A stretch of 39,423 nt of DNA, taken from positions 1-39,423 of the forward strand of contig JBPCTG010000033.1 in assembly GCA_051006395.1 (NCBI GenBank), in the 5' to 3' direction. This document shows positions 9,615 to 18,912 of this stretch, one piece after another (the first letter of the stretch is position 1; every line of letters starts with the position of its first letter). The notes under the pieces were generated by a model that saw only the letters and a program-made list of their open reading frames with translations, was not told where the DNA came from and searched no databases. This stretch comes from Candidatus Limnocylindrus sp. GTDB lineage: Bacteria > Chloroflexota > Limnocylindria > Limnocylindrales > Limnocylindraceae. Made by a program: the position numbers and the translations under genes.

Positions 9615-11573
9615 TTATCGGCCCTGGCGATCCCAGCGCTCGACCGACCAGTCGTAGAGGGGGCTCGCGACATCGCCTACACGCGTCGGCCAGTCGATCT
9701 GGCGTGCAATCAATGCGTAGCCCGGGTCGCTCCAAAGCAGGAGGTAGGGTCGCTCTTGGCGGCGCAGTTCCTGGAACGCCGCGTAGATCGTGGCGCGCGC
9801 GCTGAGGCCGGTCGTGGTGAGGCCACGTTTCAGCAGCGCGTCTGCGTCGGGGTTCTGCCAGCAGCCGAAGTTCTTTCCCGCCGGCGCCTCGGTGGTTGGG
9901 CAGGCGTCAGAGGAGAGGATGTCGCTGTCGTCGGGATCAATGCTCCACTGCCAACCACCAAGGTAGAGGTCAAAGTCGCTCGGGAAGCGCAGCGCTGGGA
10001 GCACTCCCGTCGAGTAGGGCTGTGGTGAGACGGTGAGCGACATGCCGCACTTTGCAGCCTGGTCGGCGATCGCCTGCGCCGCTCGCACGCGCAGCGTCTG
10101 GCCATCGCGCACCAATATCTCAGCCTCAAGGCGACGGCCAGCCTTCGAGTAGACGCCATCGCTTCCAACTAGCCAGCCAGCCGCTTCAATTGTGGCGCGA
10201 CCGCCGGGCACGTCGAGCGTAGACTCAACTGGAGGCGAAGCCTCAGCAGCCCACGACGAAGCGGCGACGGTGCTCGATACCGGGATCCCCGTTGCGTCGG
10301 TCGCGTCGGCAATCAGCGCTGAAATATCAACGCAACTGGCCAGCGCGCGACGGAGCGCCACATCGGCGAAGAGACGACCGGAGCGCACGTTGAAGGCGAG
10401 GTAGTAGTACCCACGGAGCGAGGGGGGCGAGAGGAGCTCGCCATCGTCGCGGACCTTGAGTCCGGCAACGTCACCCGCGCGCAGTCCGGGGACCCAGTCG
10501 AGCTGCCCGGATTGGAATGCGGTGACAGCCCCTGCATTCGACACGAAGCGACGAACCGTCGCACCGCTCGCCTTGGGTGCACCTCCGGCGAACCCCGCGA
10601 ACGGTCGAAGAGAGATGAAGTCACCCGGTACCCGCTCAGCAAAACTGAATGGGCCCGCTCCGATCGGTGCCGACTGGACGTCGAGGATTGAGTACGCGGC
10701 GACGAGTCGATCGTCGATCGGCGCGAGAAGCATCGTCTCAAGGGTGCTCAATTGAGCGAAGAGTGCGCGCCCGTATGCCTCGTCGTCGCGACGGCCCGTC
10801 GGCTCTCCCGTCAATGAGAGCTCGGGGAAGATGCGCGGGTCTGGCGGCGGCGAGCCGGCGGCGGCAAGCGTCGCCTCAAGCTCGGCGACGCGCGTGGCGT
10901 AGGAGCAGGCGTCGGGGCCGCCAGTCGCACAGGTTGCAGGATCGAGCGCCGTCGCGATCGTCTCACGCTCCAGGCTCACCGCCTCGCGGTCGGCGCCTGC
11001 CGTCGCAGCGACGAGGCGTTCGAGTGATGCGTTGATCGACTCCTTCGGAAGGATCGGAATCGTGAGGCCGCGCGTCGCCCACGGCGACCACGGAGCCACG
11101 AGGGTGAAGGTGAGCGTCCCGTCAGCGTTCGCCTTCACCGACTCGAGGCGCGTGCGTACCAGGTCGCAGATCTCTGCGACGAGGGGGCAGCGCGCCGACT
11201 TCGCGAGCTCGTAGGTGAAGACGACGTCAGATGCCGTCAGTGAGGAGCCATCGTGGAATGTGAGTCCATCCTTCAGTCGCACACCCCAAATCGTTCCTCC
11301 AGTCGAGATCGTCGGCGCGGCGATAGCGAGGAGCGGCTGCGGGGTGAACGAGGCGTCAATCCGATAGAGGCCGGCGTGCACGAGCGCGCCGACGGTTGCC
11401 GACGCGTCATCGCCGTACGCCGCCTCAAGGCCGAGGGGCTCAGCGGTGACCGCAAGTCGAATGCCGCGCCCACCGAGGATGCCGCACCCCGCGAGCAGTG
11501 ATGCAAGGAGGGCAGCGGCGAGCGCCACGGAGATGCTGCGCATGCGCGATCCCATCATGGTCCTAACAATCAC
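9615..11573 (-). CDS. ABC-transporter substrate-binding lipoprotein, family 5 (peptide/nickel type), orphan
   Basis: 652 aa. Signal peptide plus lipobox LLASLLAGC. Family-5 landmarks: GLTFHDGSSLTASDVVFTYE, PIGAGPF, YYYLAFN, LLWSDPGYA. The real start may be an internal Met (M11, 11543). No permease or ATPase genes nearby. Confidence 0.8.
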   Translation of the reverse strand: MIVRTMMGSRMRSISVALAAALLASLLAGCGILGGRGIRLAVTAEPLGLEAAYGDDASATVGALVHAGLYRIDASFTPQPLLAIAAPTISTGGTIWGVRLKDGLTFHDGSSLTASDVVFTYELAKSARCPLVAEICDLVRTRLESVKANADGTLTFTLVAPWSPWATRGLTIPILPKESINASLERLVAATAGADREAVSLERETIATALDPATCATGGPDACSYATRVAELEATLAAAGSPPPDPRIFPELSLTGEPTGRRDDEAYGRALFAQLSTLETMLLAPIDDRLVAAYSILDVQSAPIGAGPFSFAERVPGDFISLRPFAGFAGGAPKASGATVRRFVSNAGAVTAFQSGQLDWVPGLRAGDVAGLKVRDDGELLSPPSLRGYYYLAFNVRSGRLFADVALRRALASCVDISALIADATDATGIPVSSTVAASSWAAEASPPVESTLDVPGGRATIEAAGWLVGSDGVYSKAGRRLEAEILVRDGQTLRVRAAQAIADQAAKCGMSLTVSPQPYSTGVLPALRFPSDFDLYLGGWQWSIDPDDSDILSSDACPTTEAPAGKNFGCWQNPDADALLKRGLTTTGLSARATIYAAFQELRRQERPYLLLWSDPGYALIARQIDWPTRVGDVASPLYDWSVERWDRQGR

Positions 11574-11947
11574 CCGATGTGCAGGCGGTAGCCGGCCGCG
11601 TCGAGTAGCGTGTCGAGTTCGGCGGCGTTTGCAATCTCGACCTCAAGGAGCCAGCCGCGACCATACGGATCGGCGTTGATGCTTGCAGGGTCGGCACTCA
11701 GCGCATCATTTTTCGCGGTGATTGTTCCACTGATTGGGCTGTACAGATCGCTCACCGCCTTCACCGACTCAATCGCGCCGAAGACCTTGAACTGGCTGAG
11801 TTGGCTGCCGACGGCGGGGAGGTCAACGAACACCACGTCGCCGAGTTCATCCGCGGCGTGAGCGGTGATGCCAATGACCGCGTGCGTGTCATTGAGGCGC
11901 ACCCACTCATGCTCCTTGGAGTAGCGGAGCTCGTCTGGCACCGACAT
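11570..11947 (-). CDS. gcvH: Glycine cleavage system protein H
   Basis: 125 aa. YSKEHEWV..., lipoyl-lysine motif ESVKAVSDLYSPISG, and INADPYGRGW. SD GGAGG 6 nt upstream. Confidence 0.95.
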   Translation of the reverse strand: MSVPDELRYSKEHEWVRLNDTHAVIGITAHAADELGDVVFVDLPAVGSQLSQFKVFGAIESVKAVSDLYSPISGTITAKNDALSADPASINADPYGRGWLLEVEIANAAELDTLLDAAGYRLHIG

Positions 11948-12022
11948 TGCGCACCTCCATCATTTCACGAACCATCGACAACCTGTAATTAGTAGGGTAA
12001 GCGCCCGCGTCGATCCCTGCCC

Positions 12023-13159
12023 TTAGTGCGAGCCGCGCCTCGTGGGGCGCTGAATGAATGGTACGGGAGTCACCTCGGCGGCGATCCACTCCCCGCGCAC
12101 CTCGACCTCAACAGTGCGGCCCCGATCCCAGGGGCCAGCCTCCCCTGCAAGATCCGCAAGGGCAATCGCTGCGCCGACGCTAGGAGCGTGCGTCCCCGAT
12201 GTGACATTGCCGATCACCGCTCCGCCTGGGAGGCGCACCGGATAGCCGTGTCGAGCGATGCCACGGCCTGTGACGCGTAGGCCAATGAGTCGCCTGCCAG
12301 CGGTTTCGCCCGCCGTGCTACGAGCCGTGAGCGCCGCGCGACCAATGAAGTCACCGCTCTTTTCCAGGCGCACGACGCGGCCGAGCCCAACGTCATATGG
12401 GGTCAACTCGCGACGCAACTCGTTTCCGTAGAGCGGCATCCCCGCTTCGAGACGAAGGGTGTCACGGGCACCGAGGCCAATAGGCTGTGCGCCGAACGGT
12501 GCGCCCGCTGCCAGAAGCTCGCGCCAGAGCCCAGGCGCAACAGCGGCGGCAACATAGATCTCGAATCCATCCTCGCCGGTGTAACCGGTGCGGGCGATGA
12601 GCGCGGCAACCTTCGCTGTGCCGACTCGCCCAGTGAGTGCCGCATAGCCGCGCAGGTCGTCGAGCGCCGAGGCGTCATCGAGGGCGACCAGCGGCGCGAG
12701 GATCTCGAGGCTACGAGGGCCCTGGATCGCGATCATCGCCGTCTCGTCGCTCAGGTCGTGCACCGCCGCAGCGGCGCCAATGCGTTCGCGCAAGGCTGCG
12801 ACGACCACGGCACGATTCGATGCGTTTGCCACCACAAGCCAACGCTCGACCGCAGTGCGGTATACGACGAGGTCGTCGAGCATCCCTCCGCGCTCGTCAA
12901 CGATGATGCTGTACTGTGCGCGACCGAGAGCAAGACGCGATGGCTCCGAGACGAGCGCTGCGTCAAGTGCGGCGCCGGCGCCAGGTCCCGAAACTTCGAT
13001 CTCGCCCATGTGTGAGAGGTCGAAGAGCCCCGCCGCAGAGCGCACCACGCGATGTTCCTCGATCACCCCGCTGTACTGAACCGGCATCTCCCACCCGGCG
13101 AAGTCGACCATTCGCGCGCCAAGCGCACGGTGCTCGTCGTAGAGCGGAGTGCGTCGCAC
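12023..13159 (-). CDS. gcvT: Glycine cleavage system aminomethyltransferase T
   Basis: 378 aa. RRTPLYDEHRALGARMVDFAGWEMPVQY, FDLSHMGE, and TGYTGEDGFEI. GTG start immediately after the nudix TAG. Confidence 0.95.
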   Translation of the reverse strand: MRRTPLYDEHRALGARMVDFAGWEMPVQYSGVIEEHRVVRSAAGLFDLSHMGEIEVSGPGAGAALDAALVSEPSRLALGRAQYSIIVDERGGMLDDLVVYRTAVERWLVVANASNRAVVVAALRERIGAAAAVHDLSDETAMIAIQGPRSLEILAPLVALDDASALDDLRGYAALTGRVGTAKVAALIARTGYTGEDGFEIYVAAAVAPGLWRELLAAGAPFGAQPIGLGARDTLRLEAGMPLYGNELRRELTPYDVGLGRVVRLEKSGDFIGRAALTARSTAGETAGRRLIGLRVTGRGIARHGYPVRLPGGAVIGNVTSGTHAPSVGAAIALADLAGEAGPWDRGRTVEVEVRGEWIAAEVTPVPFIQRPTRRGSH

Positions 13160-13603
13160 CTACCCGCCGATCTGCGCGTAGGCGCGCTCCACCAACGCCG
13201 ACTCCGTCTTGAAGTCGAGGAGTCGGATCGCCTCGTCCATCGGGACCCAACGCAGCTCTTCAAATTCGTGGTCGAAGTTCTCGAAGCTCCCTCCGGTCGC
13301 CTCCATGATGTAGTAGTGGACCGTCTTCTCGATCCGCTCGCCGGCACGGCTGAACGCGTAGAAGATCGCGTCGTAATAGGAGAGAATCTTCACCTCGAGT
13401 CCGGTCTCCTCGCGCACCTCGCGAACGGCGGTCTCCTCGCGCGTCTCCCCCTCCTCCGGCGTCCCCTTCGGGAGCGACCAGACGTAGCCGTCGCGCTCGC
13501 GACGACGGCGCCCGAGGACGAGTTCGGGGCGCCCGTTCTCTACGCGGATGACAAGGCCGCCTGCTGAGACGGCGATACGCTTCACCTGCGGCATCTCCCA
13601 CAC
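13160..13603 (-). CDS. NUDIX hydrolase
   Basis: 147 aa. Nudix box LPKGTPEEGETREETAVREVREETGLEV. An alternative start at ATG 13594 has a better-placed SD (GAGGTG). Confidence 0.85.
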   Translation of the reverse strand: MWEMPQVKRIAVSAGGLVIRVENGRPELVLGRRRRERDGYVWSLPKGTPEEGETREETAVREVREETGLEVKILSYYDAIFYAFSRAGERIEKTVHYYIMEATGGSFENFDHEFEELRWVPMDEAIRLLDFKTESALVERAYAQIGG

Positions 13604-13757
13604 CTCTTTGTTCCACGAAGCGGGCCCTGCGGCCCATCAAACCGATGGTAGCCCTGCCGCCGCCAGCGTGCGTCGCCACGCTCGCGCTACCCTACGGTGA
13701 GCGACGCCCGTCACGCAGCGCTGCGCGCGCGATCGCGCCGGCAGAAAAGGAGGGATC

Positions 13758-16415
13758 GTGGGCGATCACTTCGGCGCGCGAACAAGCCTCGGATCGGGGC
13801 TCCCCGACCGGATTGCGCTCGAACGTCTCCCCGCACCCGCGCTCCCGCTGGCGCAGCTCCCGCTCCTCCTCAAGATCCTCATCGAAGGCGCTGCTCGCCG
13901 CGCCGGTGACGGCTTCGTACGGCCAGAAGATGCGCTCGCCTATCTCGCCTGGAGCCCTGGTGCCGCGGCAGCCTCCACCGGCGAAGAGCGCGAGCTCCCC
14001 TTCTCGCCGGCTCGCGTCGTGCTGCAGGACTTCACCGGCGTCCCCGCCGTTGTAGACCTCGCTGCGTTGCGCGACGCGGCGAAGGAGCTAGGGATCGACC
14101 CAGAGCGTATCAATCCGCAGGTTCCCGCTGATCTCGTCATCGACCACTCCGTGCAGGTCGACGCGTGGGGGAGCACCGAGGCACTCGAGCGCAACGTTGC
14201 GCGCGAGTACGAGCGCAACGGGGAGCGCTATCGCCTCCTCCGGTGGGCGCAGGGCGCATTCGACCGATTCCGCGTTGTGCCGCCCGGTGCGGGGATCGTT
14301 CACCAGGTGAACCTTGAGAGCTTGGCCACGGTCGTAACGGTCGACACCGTCGACGGCGCGCCGCTCGCCTACCCCGACAGCTGTGTCGGCACCGACTCAC
14401 ACACGACGATGATCTCTGGACTCGGCGTTCTCGGCTTCGGCGTTGGGGGAATCGAGGCAGAGGCGGTGCTACTCGGCGAGCCGCTCTTCTCGCCACTCCC
14501 GAAGATCATCGGGCTCCGCTTCGACGGACGGCTACCCGCTGGCACCACCGCGACTGACCTGGTGCTCGTCGTGACCGAGCGCCTCCGCGCCCACGGCGTA
14601 GTCGGCGCGTACATCGAAGCGTTCGGCGATGGGCTCGCAAGCATCTCGCTCGCCGACCGCGCAACGATCGCGAACATGTCGCCAGAGTTCGGCGCCACAA
14701 CCACGCTCTTCCCCATTGATGCGACAACGATCAGCTACCTGCGAACGACTGGCCGCAGCGCCGGGCAGGTCGCTCTCGTCGAGGCGTACGCAAAGGCGCA
14801 GGGGCTCTGGCGCCTCGACGGCGCAGCCCCGAAATACGATGAGGTGATCGCCATCGACCTCGCCACGATCGTGCCGTCGCTCGCTGGCCCTCGACGCCCG
14901 CAGGATCGCCTCGCCCTCCCCGACCTTGGAGCGAGTTTCGCAACGAGCTGGCCAGAACGCAGTGGCAGCGGCGCACACGGTGACGCAAACGGGCTCCGCG
15001 ACGGCGCGATCGCGATCGCAGCGATCACCTCATGCACCAACACGTCGAACCCTTCGGTGATGCTCGCGGCTGGTCTCCTCGCCCGCAATGCCGTCGCTCG
15101 TGGGATGCGCCCCGCAGCGTGGGTGAAAACGTCGCTCGCCCCGGGATCTCGCGTTGTCACCGCGTACCTCGAGCGCGCTGGCCTCTTGGCGCCACTTGAG
15201 CAGCTCGGATTCTCGGTCGCCGGCTACGGCTGCACGACCTGCATCGGCAACTCCGGACCACTCGACGCCAACGTCGCCGCTGCGATCGAGCGCGACGACT
15301 TGGTGGTCGCAGCAGTCCTCTCCGGAAACCGCAACTTCGAGGGGCGGATCCACCCCGCCGTACGCGCCGCCTACCTCGCCTCACCGCCACTCGTCGTGGC
15401 GCTCGCGCTCGCAGGGAACGTCGCGATCGATCCCACGCGCGACCCGATCGGCGTCGATCGTGACGGTGCGGCGGTGCATCTGGCCGACATCTGGCCGACC
15501 GATGACGAGATCGCTGCAGCGGTTGCAACCGCTGCAGATCCAACGCTGTACAGCGCGAGCTACGCGGGCCTCTTCGACGGTGATGCACGCTGGCAGGCGC
15601 TCGAGATCCCTGGTGGACGCACCTACGCATGGAGCGCCGACTCCACCTATGTCGCCCGCCCGGAATTTACCCAAGGAATCGGCAGCGAGCCGGCGCCAAT
15701 CGCCGACATTGCAAACGCCCGCGCACTCCTGCTCCTCGGCGACTCCGTCACCACTGACCACATCTCACCGGCAGGGGTGATCCGCGCCGACTCGCCGGCG
15801 GGGCGCTGGCTCCAGGAGCGTGGTGTCGCGCCAGACGACTTCAACTCGTATGGCGCCCGACGCGGGCACGATCAGGTGATGGCGCGCGGTACCTTCGCAA
15901 ATACCCGGCTGCGCAACGCGCTCGCCGATGGTCGCGAGGGCCCGTTTACCCGTCACGCACCGAGCGGCGAGGTGCTCCCCGTCTACGACGTGGCTGCGGC
16001 GTACGGCCAAGAGAAGACGCCGCTGATCATTCTCGCCGGCCGCGAGTACGGTTCTGGCTCATCGCGCGACTGGGCGGCCAAGGGGACGCGGATGCTCGGC
16101 GTACGCGCCGTGATCGCCGAGTCGTACGAGCGCATCCATCGATCGAACCTCATCGGGATGGGCGTTCTGCCGTTGCAGTTCCTCCCTGCAGAGAGCGCAG
16201 CAACGCTCGGGCTCACCGGCCACGAGTGCTTCTCGATCGCTGGCCTCGCCGCCCTCACGCCGCGCTCGCGCGTGCGCGTCGATGTGCTCAACGACGATGG
16301 CGCAAGCCGCTCCTTCGAAGCGATCCTGCGCCTCGATGGACCGATCGAGGTGGAGACCTATCGCCAGGGCGGCATCATGCCGGCGGTGTTGCGCAGGATC
16401 GCCCGCAGCGCGTAA
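13758..16415 (+). CDS. acnA: Aconitate hydratase (AcnA/IRP type)
   Basis: 885 aa. VLQDFTGVPAVVDLAA, DSHTTMI, TSCTNTSNP, CTTCIGNSG, and GREYGSGSSRDWAAKG. SD AAGGAGGG before the GTG start. Confidence 0.95.
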   Translation: MGDHFGARTSLGSGLPDRIALERLPAPALPLAQLPLLLKILIEGAARRAGDGFVRPEDALAYLAWSPGAAAASTGEERELPFSPARVVLQDFTGVPAVVDLAALRDAAKELGIDPERINPQVPADLVIDHSVQVDAWGSTEALERNVAREYERNGERYRLLRWAQGAFDRFRVVPPGAGIVHQVNLESLATVVTVDTVDGAPLAYPDSCVGTDSHTTMISGLGVLGFGVGGIEAEAVLLGEPLFSPLPKIIGLRFDGRLPAGTTATDLVLVVTERLRAHGVVGAYIEAFGDGLASISLADRATIANMSPEFGATTTLFPIDATTISYLRTTGRSAGQVALVEAYAKAQGLWRLDGAAPKYDEVIAIDLATIVPSLAGPRRPQDRLALPDLGASFATSWPERSGSGAHGDANGLRDGAIAIAAITSCTNTSNPSVMLAAGLLARNAVARGMRPAAWVKTSLAPGSRVVTAYLERAGLLAPLEQLGFSVAGYGCTTCIGNSGPLDANVAAAIERDDLVVAAVLSGNRNFEGRIHPAVRAAYLASPPLVVALALAGNVAIDPTRDPIGVDRDGAAVHLADIWPTDDEIAAAVATAADPTLYSASYAGLFDGDARWQALEIPGGRTYAWSADSTYVARPEFTQGIGSEPAPIADIANARALLLLGDSVTTDHISPAGVIRADSPAGRWLQERGVAPDDFNSYGARRGHDQVMARGTFANTRLRNALADGREGPFTRHAPSGEVLPVYDVAAAYGQEKTPLIILAGREYGSGSSRDWAAKGTRMLGVRAVIAESYERIHRSNLIGMGVLPLQFLPAESAATLGLTGHECFSIAGLAALTPRSRVRVDVLNDDGASRSFEAILRLDGPIEVETYRQGGIMPAVLRRIARSA

Positions 16416-16456
16416 ACCAGAGCCCGCAGCGCGGAGCAGCAGCTCAGCAGCCGATA

Positions 16457-16533
<77 letters not shown>

Positions 16534-16542
16534 GAGGGGCGG

Positions 16543-16548
16543 ATTCTA
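16543..16548 (-). promoter_or_regulatory. -10-like hexamer TAGAAT 9 nt upstream of the mature tRNA-Val 5' end
   Basis: Minus strand reads CGTC-TAGAAT-CCGCCCCTC-GGGCGATT. The TAG of the hexamer is the yggT stop codon. Confidence 0.4.
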
Positions 16549-16788
16549 GACGAGTCGCCTCAGGAACTGCAGCGCCAACATCGCAACGAGCGGCGACCAA
16601 TCGATCGCTCCCCCGCCAGGGAGGATGCGACGCAAGGGGGCGAGGATCGGCTCGCTCAGCTCGTGCACCAGCCGCGTCGCACCGTAGCGCCCCTCGTGGT
16701 CAAACCACGAGGCAAGGACGCGCAAGAGCACGATCCACCAGAGCGCCGTCAGGGCGAGGTCGATGCCGTTGCGCAGTGAGAACTCCAT
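16546..16788 (-). CDS. yggT: YggT-family membrane protein (YlmG)
   Basis: 80 aa, two hydrophobic segments. EPILAPLRRILPGGGAIDWSPLVAML matches the YggT signature. Typical position downstream of ftsZ/yggS. Confidence 0.8.
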   Translation of the reverse strand: MEFSLRNGIDLALTALWWIVLLRVLASWFDHEGRYGATRLVHELSEPILAPLRRILPGGGAIDWSPLVAMLALQFLRRLV

Positions 16789-16797
16789 CTCTAGATC

Positions 16798-17514
16798 CTA
16801 CGCCCGCGCCCCAAAGATTGCGGAGCCGAGGCGGACCTGCGTCGACCCCTCCTCGACCGCAACCTCGTAATCCCCGCTCATCCCCATGGAGAGGAGTGGT
16901 CCGATCGTGAACCCTGCGGTTGCGGCCGCGGAGCGCACGTCGGCGGCTATGCTGCGCAGCGCCGTGAAGGTCGCACGCGCCTCCTCTGGGGTGGCAACGA
17001 TCCGGCCAACGGTGAAGAGGCCGTCAATGATGACGCCGCCGCCCCCGACGGCTGCCCCGATCGTTTGAAGTGCGTCGCGCAACGCAGCGGTGCTGAAGCC
17101 GGCCTTGGCGGGGTCGTCGTCGACGTTGACCTGGATCGCCACGTGCAGCTCCTTCGCCGCCTCGCGTGCCGCGCGCACGAGCGCCTCAAGCACCTCAATT
17201 CGATCTACGGTCGAGATTCGATCGGCGACGGCAACGGCGCGACGCACCTTGTTCGACTGCAGCGGGCCGATGAGTTCCCAACGAACTGACGCGGTTGGCC
17301 TAAGCCCCTGCAGCGCGGCGCGCTTCTCCTCGAGCTCCTGCACCCGGTTCTCACCGAATGAGGTGACGCCTGCATCGAGCAGTTCAACGAGGCGCTCAGC
17401 GGCGACGGTCTTGCTCACCACGAGCAGTTCGACGGCTTCGGCGCTCCGGCCGCTGCGCGCGGCGGCAACCGCGATGCGTGCCTTGGCTGATTGGATCTGC
17501 GCTGAGGGGTTCAT
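16798..17514 (-). CDS. yggS: YggS/YlmE-family pyridoxal-phosphate homeostasis protein
   Basis: 238 aa. LLVVSKTV (PLP lysine), FGENRVQEL, WELIGPLQSNKV, and LSMGMSGDYEVAVEEGST. Confidence 0.9.
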   Translation of the reverse strand: MNPSAQIQSAKARIAVAAARSGRSAEAVELLVVSKTVAAERLVELLDAGVTSFGENRVQELEEKRAALQGLRPTASVRWELIGPLQSNKVRRAVAVADRISTVDRIEVLEALVRAAREAAKELHVAIQVNVDDDPAKAGFSTAALRDALQTIGAAVGGGGVIIDGLFTVGRIVATPEEARATFTALRSIAADVRSAAATAGFTIGPLLSMGMSGDYEVAVEEGSTQVRLGSAIFGARA

Positions 17515-17538
17515 TCCGCCGGGGCGCGAGGGGCGGCG

Positions 17539-18783
17539 TTAGCCGCGGCGGCGAAGGAAGGCAGGGATCTCCAAGTCAATCGACTCAACGCCAGAGCTTG
17601 ACTCACTTGGGGCGTCACCACCTCGATCCTCGTCGCGGGGCGACTGGTCAGAGACGCCACGGCCACTGCGATCGTCTGTGGACCACGCATCGGCTGGCCA
17701 GGAAGTCGCAGCTGGAAGTGGTGCGATCGGTTCAGCGCTCGACGGGCGCGGGCTCCACGACGGAGCCGCAGACTTTGCTGGCGCAACGGGGCGCGCCGCT
17801 GGCGTTGCGCCGAAGCGCTGCTCAGCGGTGATCTCCTCGACCGGTCGGAAGCCGGTGGCGATGACCGTGATTTGGATCTCATCGCCGAGGCTCTCGTCGA
17901 TCGTGGTTCCGAAGATGATGTTCGCCTCGGGGTCGGCACGCTCGGTGATGTGGTTGATCGCCTCGTTCACCTCATGCAGGGTGACGGTAGACGCCGCTGC
18001 GACGTTCACGAGCACGCCAGTCGCACCACGAATGTCGACCTCGAGGAGCGGCGACTCAATCGCCTGCTCAGCAGCGGCGCGCGCGCGTGCCTCACCGCTC
18101 GCGCGGCCGATCCCCATGAGCGCGGTTCCCGCGTCCTTCATGATCGTACGCACGTCGGCGAAATCGAGGTTGATGTCGCCCGGAACAGTGATGATGTCGC
18201 TCACGCCCTGGACGCCCTGGCGCAGCACGTCGTCGGCGATGCGGAATGAGTCGACCATTGAGGTCTGGCGGCTCACGATGTTGAGGAGCCGCTCGTTGGG
18301 GATGACAATCAGCGTGTCGACGTACTTGCGCAGTTCGTTCGCCGCCGCGTCAGCCACAAAGGCGCGCTTACGCCCCTCAAACGCGAACGGCTTCGTGATG
18401 ATGCCGATCGTGAGTGCGCCGAGCTCCTTGGCAATCTTGGCGACCACGGGGGCGGCGCCAGATCCGGTGCCACCGCCCATGCCGGCGGTGACGAAGACGA
18501 GGTCGGAGCCCTCAAGTGCGGTGCGCAGGTTCTCGACATCTTCGTGGGCGGCGCGCTCGCCAACCCCAGAGTCGCCCCCGGCGCCAAGGCCGCGAGAGAT
18601 CGCGTCACCGATGCGGATGCGCACCGGCGCGTTCGATTTCATCAACGCCTGCGCATCGGTGTTGACCGCGATGAACTCGACACCGAGCAGCTCGGCACGG
18701 ATCATGCGGTTGACAGCATTTGAGCCGGCGCCACCGACGCCGACCACACGGATGATCGCGAAGTTTTCAGTCTGCGATCGCAT
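17539..18783 (-). CDS. ftsZ: Cell division GTPase FtsZ
   Basis: [18 protein letters not shown], the [11 protein letters not shown] tubulin signature, a long Pro/Ala/Ser linker, and the C-terminal [13 protein letters not shown] peptide. I prefer ATG 18783 (MRSQTENFA...) over the track's 18843. Confidence 0.95.
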   Translation of the reverse strand: MRSQTENFAIIRVVGVGGAGSNAVNRMIRAELLGVEFIAVNTDAQALMKSNAPVRIRIGDAISRGLGAGGDSGVGERAAHEDVENLRTALEGSDLVFVTAGMGGGTGSGAAPVVAKIAKELGALTIGIITKPFAFEGRKRAFVADAAANELRKYVDTLIVIPNERLLNIVSRQTSMVDSFRIADDVLRQGVQGVSDIITVPGDINLDFADVRTIMKDAGTALMGIGRASGEARARAAAEQAIESPLLEVDIRGATGVLVNVAAASTVTLHEVNEAINHITERADPEANIIFGTTIDESLGDEIQITVIATGFRPVEEITAEQRFGATPAARPVAPAKSAAPSWSPRPSSAEPIAPLPAATSWPADAWSTDDRSGRGVSDQSPRDEDRGGDAPSESSSGVESIDLEIPAFLRRRG

Positions 18784-18912
18784 ATCCGGCCTGGACCTCC
18801 GGTCCCTTATCCCGACGTCGCCGCGCCTCAGGGTTACCCCCAAGGGAGCAGGCGCCTCCCCGTCGGTTTCGCGAAGTGTAGCAGCGGCGCGGTGTTATCT
18901 CAGCCACGGGCG

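Noticed and set aside
13604-13757. Possible glycine riboswitch upstream of the gcvT-containing operon.
   Set aside because: Read on the minus strand, the region lacks the conserved glycine-aptamer elements (GGAGAG...CACCG...GGGGCAA / CUCUGGAGAG). gcvT is also directly preceded by the nudix ORF with no gap.
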